This document shows positions 58,401-64,000 of a stretch of DNA of 64,000 nucleotides, one piece after another; within the stretch, counting starts at the first letter, position 1; each line of letters starts with the position of its first letter. The position numbers were made by a program, and so were the translations under genes. The notes beneath the pieces are model-generated. The model searched no databases. It was not told the DNA's origin and saw nothing but the letters and a program-made list of their open reading frames with translations. Location of the stretch: NCBI GenBank assembly GCA_024401825.1, contig JAKSKF010000003.1, positions 4,948 through 68,947 on the forward strand. The letters are read 5' to 3'. Source of the stretch: Bacteroidales bacterium (GTDB taxonomy: Bacteria; Bacteroidota; Bacteroidia; Bacteroidales; UBA932).

Positions 58401-58768
58401 ACCTTGGCCCTGCGCTGTGTTCCGCCGTAACCGGTGACCACAACCTCGTCGAGCATAGTGGTGTCGTCTGAAAGGACGATGGTGTAGACAGTCTGCTTGC
58501 CGACAGTTATCTGTTCTGTCTTGTAGCCGACAAAAGATACCTGAAGGACTGCGCCTTCGGGAACATTGATGGAGAACTTGCCGTCAACGTCAGTGACGGT
58601 ACCGTTTGTGGTACCCGCCTGAAGGACAGTCACTCCGGGGAGAGGTCCCGTTTCATCGGACACCGTGCCCTTCACCGTGTGCTGGGCATAGGCGCCGAAC
58701 GACGAAAGCAGTCCGACTCCGACACAAACAAGCGCAAGCGCTTTGGAAATGATTGGAATTGGTTTCAT
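55499..58768 (-). CDS. susC: SusC family TonB-dependent transporter, NanO-like
   Basis: GTVTDVDGKF, LDEVVVTGYG, INPEDIESMDVLKDA..TAIYGARASNGVVLITTK, LRWEKT and YP.PR...F. Confidence 0.95.
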   Translation of the reverse strand: MKPIPIISKALALVCVGVGLLSSFGAYAQHTVKGTVSDETGPLPGVTVLQAGTTNGTVTDVDGKFSINVPEGAVLQVSFVGYKTEQITVGKQTVYTIVLSDDTTMLDEVVVTGYGGTQRRAKVTNSIAKVDEKVFQVGSFTNPGSALAGAVSGFRVVQSSGNPNAMPTITLRGGTNFDGTSNAPLVIVDGQLRDSMEDINPEDIESMDVLKDAGATAIYGARASNGVVLITTKTGKEGHREINFKAKVGMNYFYLPWEMCDARDYIYWMRKAYNESHWANASTLSAVNAYGTGATEITPSTQFNILRKTNENAFLLQKGWEEMIDPVDGKTAIIFKNTRPSDYNINTPSVSQDYNVNMSGGNEKGSYYAGLGYNSSDGLARTTYYNRLSFIFNGSYKITDWLTSKSSVNFSRSKYRSLTGTQGSENSYFGRIMSTPPTVRFEDEEGHMLLGNSTGDGNQNFQNDKFFRDNENLKATFNQAFSARITDYLTFNVSGNWYYNQNYNESFNKDFQTNQAGTSFNRTRSTSGVFQHYFTQTYNATLQFSKEIAAGHNLDAMVGYEFYDRSFKGMSASGQGAPTDDFRDLGLTDKGEGKRSIDSAHEQYRISSFFGRVNYDYQGKYLISATFREDGYSALLNNRWGFFPGVSAGWVFGKEDFVKNAIPAMSFGKLRVSYGINGNASGIGAYDLQGAYSSTSYNANTGFYLSTLPNPGLRWEKTKTFEVGADVSFFHNRLNANITYYNRLTDDKYANLSLPQTTGYSSIKSNNGQFRNQGVEIELSGKIIRTTDFQWDLSANITYNRNKVVKLPDNGLPNNRQGGTEIYTGNGNETVWVGGYQEGQEPGVIVGYQSLGLFRSESDFPEGYKVDGTTTYSGKTLYSPAEWAKLSEADRANGILLAPGDQHWKDINGDGIIDSKDQVVLGNSTPHWTGGFNTTFRWKGITFYAAFDYAFGYKICENTQSSLSWYMGCMQGAFNMTKDVWDTYSAENPNGKYPRYIWADQLGPNNYINANSMFTYNGAYLGVRELCLSYSLPKKWMDAIHAQKIELSITGQNLGYITGAYVINPTVGGSSSFSYPVPRTLLFGANITF

Positions 58769-58804
58769 AATTTTGGTTAAAAATTAGGGTTGAAACAATT
58801 TTCC

Positions 58805-58836
58805 GAAATATAAAAAAAAATTTTCACCCCCCCAAA
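58805..58836 (-). promoter_or_regulatory. candidate promoter for the nanO-like susC (TTTG-N20-TATATTTC)
   Basis: -33 TTTG at 58836-58833, 20 nt spacer, -7-like box at 58812-58805 with one mismatch. Confidence 0.45.
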
Positions 58837-58875
58837 AAAAAGAAACGGGACAAAGCCTTCGGTCTGTCCCGTTTC
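58834..58875 (-). terminator. intrinsic terminator after the upstream susD
   Basis: GAAACGGGACA...TGTCCCGTTTC 11-bp stem followed by T8 on the minus strand. Confidence 0.85.
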
Positions 58876-58915
58876 GTCATTGGAGGTCTGCCGGCCTCCG
58901 TGTAGAGTCAATCCG

Positions 58916-60397
58916 CTAATATCCCGGATTCTGCTTCAGTTCGGAGTTTGTCTGAATCTGGCTCAGAGGGATAGGATACAGAACGTGGAAGTCCTGGGCG
59001 TTCTTTCCGCGTTCCCTTGCGCTGGAAATGAACTTTCCGTGACGGATGAGGTCTTCGCGGCGCAGGCCTTCGGAGAAGAACTCACGGCCTCTTTCCGCCA
59101 GGATGAAATCCCTGAGGCTTTCCTTTGACCCGAATTCAGACAGGGCAAGGTTCTTCAGACCCGCGCGTCCGCGAACCTGGTTGATGAGTTCGAGACTCTC
59201 CGCATTGGGTCCGTTGAGCTCATTGAGAGCCTCGGCGCGACAGAGAAGAATGTCTGCGTACCTAATCAGAACAAGGTCGTTTCCGTGATGCTCGGCCACC
59301 GCGTTGGGGTCCGGTTTGTACTTGAAGCTTCTGACATTGTCAAGGGCTTTTCCGGTCTCGTCGCGAAGGAGTTCCACTTCCTCACCGGCCGTGTTGACAT
59401 AATGGGTCACGAAGCATCCCAGACGGGCGTCGCCCTCCTCGAAGGTGTCGTAGAAGGCGGTGTAGGTCCTGAACTGGGCTCCGAAGTTATCCCAGTTGGA
59501 CTGTACGGGATAGGACGGAGGGAAGGCGTGAGCCATATAGTTGTTCTGATATCCGCTCACTGCCAGACAGGGGTTCCTGTAGATATACTCCATATTGTCC
59601 TCTCCTTCGACGGAGAACATCTTGACGTAGTCGGGATACAGGGAATAGTGCTTGAGGTCGATGACCTCCTTGGCGGTCTTGGCTGCCGCATCCCAGTTCT
59701 TGTCGTGCATATACAGCTTTGTAAGAACCGCAAGCGCCGCGCCCTTGGTCGCCCTGCCTATGGGATTCTCCACAACGGGGAGATTGGCGGCCGCATACTC
59801 GAGGTCGTCAACAATGTATTTCACGAAGACCTCCTGGGTGGCCCTGGGGGTGGAGCTTCCCAATTTCTCTATTTCCTCGGGAGTGGCTCCTTCGGGAATC
59901 TCGATGATGGGAGTGGTTCCGAAGATGTTGTACAGATAGTAATAGGATGAAGCGCGGATGAACCTTGCCTCGCCCATTATCTTCTTCACGGTTTCTTCAG
60001 GAACGCCCTGCAGGGACTTCGCCACAGTAAGGACGGAGTTGGCTTTTGAAATGGCGCCGTACATCTTGTTCCAGTGTGTGTTGAGGAACCCGTTGCCGAC
60101 ATCCCAGGTAAAGTTGATGTAGGGCACGCAGTTAGCCTCAAGACCGCCTCCGGTCTCGAACGCTATGTCCGTGCAGAACTCGTTCATCATATAGGTGTAG
60201 TTGCGGCTGTCGTATGCCACCATCCTGGAATCCGCATAGGCGCCGGCAAGAAGCGCGTTCACGCCGTCCTCGTCCTGCAGCACCTGGGAAGGGTCATATT
60301 CAGTATAGACTTCCTCCTTGAGGAATCCGTAGCAGCCTGTCAGCGTAAGCGCCATAAGGGCGGTCACGGCCAGACTTATATATTGCTTTGTTTTCAT
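58916..60397 (-). CDS. susD: SusD/RagB family lipoprotein
   Basis: Lipobox LTGC, GEARFIRA..Y, GRATKGAA, RYADILL..AEA and ERGREF..EG.R..DL.R. Confidence 0.93.
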   Translation of the reverse strand: MKTKQYISLAVTALMALTLTGCYGFLKEEVYTEYDPSQVLQDEDGVNALLAGAYADSRMVAYDSRNYTYMMNEFCTDIAFETGGGLEANCVPYINFTWDVGNGFLNTHWNKMYGAISKANSVLTVAKSLQGVPEETVKKIMGEARFIRASSYYYLYNIFGTTPIIEIPEGATPEEIEKLGSSTPRATQEVFVKYIVDDLEYAAANLPVVENPIGRATKGAALAVLTKLYMHDKNWDAAAKTAKEVIDLKHYSLYPDYVKMFSVEGEDNMEYIYRNPCLAVSGYQNNYMAHAFPPSYPVQSNWDNFGAQFRTYTAFYDTFEEGDARLGCFVTHYVNTAGEEVELLRDETGKALDNVRSFKYKPDPNAVAEHHGNDLVLIRYADILLCRAEALNELNGPNAESLELINQVRGRAGLKNLALSEFGSKESLRDFILAERGREFFSEGLRREDLIRHGKFISSARERGKNAQDFHVLYPIPLSQIQTNSELKQNPGY

Positions 60398-60413
60398 ACT
60401 GCAATCGATTTAT

Positions 60414-63400
60414 TTAGAATTTCAAATTGAGTCCCGCCCTGTATGTTCTTGCAAGAGGGTAGTTGTTGTAGTTGACCTTCGATACGGATGAGCTGCCTGA
60501 TGAGCTGGCGTCGGGGTCGAATCCCTTGTAGTTCGTGAAGGTGTAAACATTGTCGACGGCGGCATATACCGATGCGCCGGAGATGATTCTGTTCTTCTTG
60601 AACGGGATGTTGTACTCAAGATGAATGTTCTTGATGCGGAGGAATGAGGCGTCCACTACGGTCAGGCTGTTGATTTGGTACTGACCGCCGTAGTTGGCAT
60701 AGCCCACGCCGCTGGGATACTTGGTGGAAGGATTTTCGGGAGTCCATCTGTTGAGATAGTACTCCGCCATCCTGTTCCTGTATTCGTTGGCGGGATACAG
60801 GGTCTCGACCGTCTGGGCGTCAAGCGTGTTTATGCCGAACACTCCCTGGAGGAAGATGCTGAGCTTGAAGTTGCCGAGGCGGAAGTCGTTGGTGAAACCG
60901 AGCGTGCAGTCGGGGAAAGGCTTGCCCAGGATGACGCGGTCCTCGGGACCGATGGAGCCGTTGCCGTCCTGGTCCTTGTACTTGATGTATCCGGGCTTAG
61001 CGTTAGGCTGCGCCGAATGCTCGATATCGTCCGTGGTCTGGAAAATTCCGGCGACCTCATATCCGTAGTAGGAGTACATCGCGTTACCCACGCGGGTAAT
61101 CTGATAGTTGGATATGAATGAGGCGATTGAACCCGTGATGAGCTCGGAGATGAAGGGAGGAAGGCTCATAACCTTGTTCTCGAGGAACGAAAGGTTGAGT
61201 TGGGTCGTCCATCCGAACTTCTCCCTGTCGAAGTTGACCGAGTTGATTGAGAGGTCCAGACCGAGGTTGCGGACCGTACCCATATTCACCTTCATAGTGC
61301 TGAATCCCACGACGCCGGGCATCGGCTTGTCGAAGAGCTGGTCCCTGGTGTCCCTGATGAAGAAATCCAAGCTACCGTGGATTCTGCTCTTGAGGAATCC
61401 GAAGTCTATTCCGACGTTGGTCTCGGCTGTGGTCTCCCAACGGAGGTTGGGGTTGACGAGCCTTGACTGCACGAGTCCCTGGATGAGGTCGTTTCCGAAC
61501 ACGGCCTTTCCGCCGGCGGAGAGAGTCTCGATTGTCTGGTAGTTGCCTATGCCCTCGTTGCCGAGTTCACCGTAGCCTACCCTGAGCTTGAGGTCGTTGA
61601 CCACGCGGGAGTTCTTGAGGAAATTCTCTTCAGAGATGCGCCAGGCGGCGGCAATTGAAGGGAAGAACGCATATTTGTGCGAGTCCGCGAAGCGTGAGGT
61701 GCCGTCATAACGGAACGACGCTGTCAGAAGGTACTTGTCCTTGTAGTCATAGTTGATTCTTCCAAGGAAACCGTTCAGACGGTTGCGGGACTTTGTAGAA
61801 GACACGTCGTCTCCGTTGATTGAGTCGCCGCTGCCCATCTTGTTGACGCCCGTGGCGTCTGAAAGGAAGTTGCGGGCGGATGCGGAGACGCTGTGAGAGA
61901 GCTGCTGCTCGAACGTCGCTCCGAGCAGGAACTTGGTGTGGTGGGCGTTCGCGAACGTCTTCTTGTAGGTCAGGAGGAACTCGGCCATCCACTGTGAGGA
62001 TTCACCCCTGGTCTGGGATGCGATGCCTCCCTGTGCGAGACCGTTCTTGGTGATGCGGCTTGTGTAGGACATATCCGCATAGTTGTAAACGGTTGCGCCG
62101 ACCCTTGCGGTTGCAACGAGGTCTTTCAGCGGTTCGATTTCCATCGTGAAAGAGCCGTACACGTTGTTTGACTGGGTTGTGGGAGTTGTTCCCTCAACCA
62201 GCGCGGAAGGGTTGTCCAGCGCGATGAAGTCGTTCTGCCAGTATCTTCCGGTCTCGGGGTTGATTCCCCCGGGAAGAGTAGGGTCGAACAGAACCGCGGA
62301 GCCGATGGGGCCCGCCGCCTCGTTGGTCGAGAAGGAGTGGGGTGTGGAATCTATCTCCTTGCGGGTGTAGTTGAGATTGAGCTTGAAGCGCAGGAAGTCG
62401 GTCGGATTGACGTTGACGTTGGTCCTGACGTTGTAGCTGGTCATTCCGGACCTCTTTACAAGACCCTTCTGGTCTGTGAAGCCCAGTCCCACATAGTAGT
62501 CGTGCTTGTCTCCGGCTCCTGACAGGGAGAGGGAGTAATTCTGGACGGGAGCGCTGCGGAATATTTCATCCTGCCAGTCGGTGCCTGCGCCCACTGCACT
62601 GATTTGGGCATCGGTGTAGATGGGTTCTCCACCGCCTTCAATCCTGATTGCGTTCAGAGTCCGCATATACTGTTCTCCGTTGAGGAGGTCCAGTTTCTTG
62701 GCGACGGTCTGAACGCCTCCTTCTGCCCTGAATTCAACCTTGGGAGCGCCCTTTGCGCCGCCCTTTGTGGTAATCAGGACTACACCGTTGGCGGCACGTG
62801 TACCGTAGATGGCGGCCGCGGAGGCATCCTTCAGGATTTCGATGGATTCGATGTCCTCGGGAAGGATTGAAGAGGGGTCGACTCCGGGAAGCCCGTCCAC
62901 TACTACAAGAGCGTCGTTGCTGCTGTTGATGGAACCGGCGCCGCGAATCTGAATCTTGGACGCCGCTCCGGGAGCGGAGCTTGTCTGGCTGACGTTGACA
63001 CCGGCGGCCTTGCCGATGAGCATCTGGAATGCGTTGCTGGTGGGGCCTTCGTTGAAGTCACCCTGCTTTACTGAAACCACCGAACCGGTGATTTCCTGCT
63101 TGCGCTGGGTGCCGTAACCTACCACCAGGACTTCTTCGAGCAGTTCGGTATCCTCCTGGAGGATGACGTTCTGGGACTGTGAAGAGTTTGCGATGATTGT
63201 GGCGGTGGCGTAACCGAGTGAGGTGACGTCCACCTGCGCGCCTGAATTGACTTTCGGCAGGGTGAAGTATCCGTCAACGTCGGTCACTGTTCCGATGTTG
63301 GTTCCCCTGACGACCACGCTGGCGCCGGGAACGGGTTCACCTTTCACGTCAAGGACGCGGCCTTTGACGGTGATGTCTGTCTTGGCTTGAGACACACCGT

Positions 63401-63506
63401 TTTCCGAATTCCCGTTGGTTCCGGCCGTCGCACCGTTGGCATAGGCCCCGGTTGAGACAAGGACTGAAAGCAGCAGGAAAAGAATTGTTTTCGGCTTTTG
63501 CTTCAT
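60414..63506 (-). CDS. susC: SusC family TonB-dependent transporter
   Basis: LEEVLVVGYGTQ, DIESIEILKDASAAAIYGTRAANGVVLITTK, LRWETT and YPLAR...F. Confidence 0.95.
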   Translation of the reverse strand: MKQKPKTILFLLLSVLVSTGAYANGATAGTNGNSENGVSQAKTDITVKGRVLDVKGEPVPGASVVVRGTNIGTVTDVDGYFTLPKVNSGAQVDVTSLGYATATIIANSSQSQNVILQEDTELLEEVLVVGYGTQRKQEITGSVVSVKQGDFNEGPTSNAFQMLIGKAAGVNVSQTSSAPGAASKIQIRGAGSINSSNDALVVVDGLPGVDPSSILPEDIESIEILKDASAAAIYGTRAANGVVLITTKGGAKGAPKVEFRAEGGVQTVAKKLDLLNGEQYMRTLNAIRIEGGGEPIYTDAQISAVGAGTDWQDEIFRSAPVQNYSLSLSGAGDKHDYYVGLGFTDQKGLVKRSGMTSYNVRTNVNVNPTDFLRFKLNLNYTRKEIDSTPHSFSTNEAAGPIGSAVLFDPTLPGGINPETGRYWQNDFIALDNPSALVEGTTPTTQSNNVYGSFTMEIEPLKDLVATARVGATVYNYADMSYTSRITKNGLAQGGIASQTRGESSQWMAEFLLTYKKTFANAHHTKFLLGATFEQQLSHSVSASARNFLSDATGVNKMGSGDSINGDDVSSTKSRNRLNGFLGRINYDYKDKYLLTASFRYDGTSRFADSHKYAFFPSIAAAWRISEENFLKNSRVVNDLKLRVGYGELGNEGIGNYQTIETLSAGGKAVFGNDLIQGLVQSRLVNPNLRWETTAETNVGIDFGFLKSRIHGSLDFFIRDTRDQLFDKPMPGVVGFSTMKVNMGTVRNLGLDLSINSVNFDREKFGWTTQLNLSFLENKVMSLPPFISELITGSIASFISNYQITRVGNAMYSYYGYEVAGIFQTTDDIEHSAQPNAKPGYIKYKDQDGNGSIGPEDRVILGKPFPDCTLGFTNDFRLGNFKLSIFLQGVFGINTLDAQTVETLYPANEYRNRMAEYYLNRWTPENPSTKYPSGVGYANYGGQYQINSLTVVDASFLRIKNIHLEYNIPFKKNRIISGASVYAAVDNVYTFTNYKGFDPDASSSGSSSVSKVNYNNYPLARTYRAGLNLKF

Positions 63507-63556
63507 AATGAAAAATGGTTAACAGTTAGAAAATAATTATAGGTTCAGGTTTGAGT

Positions 63557-64000
63557 TCATTCGTCCGGCCAGGGGCAGGGACGGCCCGTATCCTTGAACG
63601 AGGGCCTGTCGGCGCCCACCGACCTGAGGTATTCACCGAGTTCGGAAGAAAGGCGTCTTACAACCGCCGGATGGCAGGAGGCAAGGTTGCGCTTCTCCCC
63701 TATGTCATCCGGTATGCGGAAAAGTTCCTTCTTGCCGGTTTCGTAATAATACACGAGTTTCCACTCGTTCTTCCTTATGGCGCAGTTGAGGTTGATGCCG
63801 GGTCCGTTGTTTCCCCAGATGTTGGGGAAATTCCAGAAGAGAGGCCTGTCGCGCGAGGGGTCGCCCGTTCCCAGGAGGAGAGGCACGAAGCTTACTCCGT
63901 CCACGGCGGTGGACTCCGGCTCGCCGACTATTCCGGCCATTTCCAATATGGTAGGATAGAAATCCTCTATCATAAGGTACTTGGAGCAGCTTGTGCCGCC
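63557..64000 (-). CDS. sulfatase (S1 family), C-terminal part; 5' end outside window
   Basis: DFYPTILEMAG, DGVSFVPLL, AIRKNEWKLV and ELF...DIGEKRNLA; the frame stays open to the window edge. Confidence 0.8.
   Translation of the reverse strand, partial: GGTSCSKYLMIEDFYPTILEMAGIVGEPESTAVDGVSFVPLLLGTGDPSRDRPLFWNFPNIWGNNGPGINLNCAIRKNEWKLVYYYETGKKELFRIPDDIGEKRNLASCHPAVVRRLSSELGEYLRSVGADRPSFKDTGRPCPWPDE

Overview
This window looks like Bacteroidales DNA (SusC/SusD pairs, TAnnTTTG promoters, AT-rich leaders) and has four blocks. (1) 1-3.9 kb: the start of an RND efflux adaptor, a lipoprotein, a GT4 glycosyltransferase and a TauE/SafE exporter. (2) 3.9-39.8 kb: a ~36 kb minus-strand Wzx/Wzy capsule/EPS locus (ugd, rfbB, rfbA, wzx, wzy, about 11 glycosyltransferases, acyltransferases, OmpA, wza, wzc, PHP phosphatase, DegT aminotransferase). 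It carries unusual tailoring modules: an IspD/TarI-aldolase fusion with a 2-hydroxyacid dehydrogenase and TagF-like transferase, a ParB/Srx + NDK-like protein beside a nucleotidyltransferase, and two ATP-grasp ligases. (3) 40.2-49.0 kb: a divergent seven-gene plus-strand operon encoding a PhoU/DUF47-LuxR fusion regulator, an OprO/P porin, a four-repeat lamin-tail lipoprotein, two CYTH-fold proteins, an SLC13/DASS permease and an unknown 2-TM protein. This is the best candidate for an undescribed system, inferred to be SusCD-independent (poly)phosphate scavenging. (4) 49-64 kb: a sialic-acid utilisation PUL (MFS, kelch mutarotase, NanL, GH33 sialidase, NanOU-like pair), a second SusC/SusD pair and the end of a sulfatase. 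No rRNA, tRNA, CRISPR or transposase was seen. Family assignments come from motif recognition by eye, not database searches.
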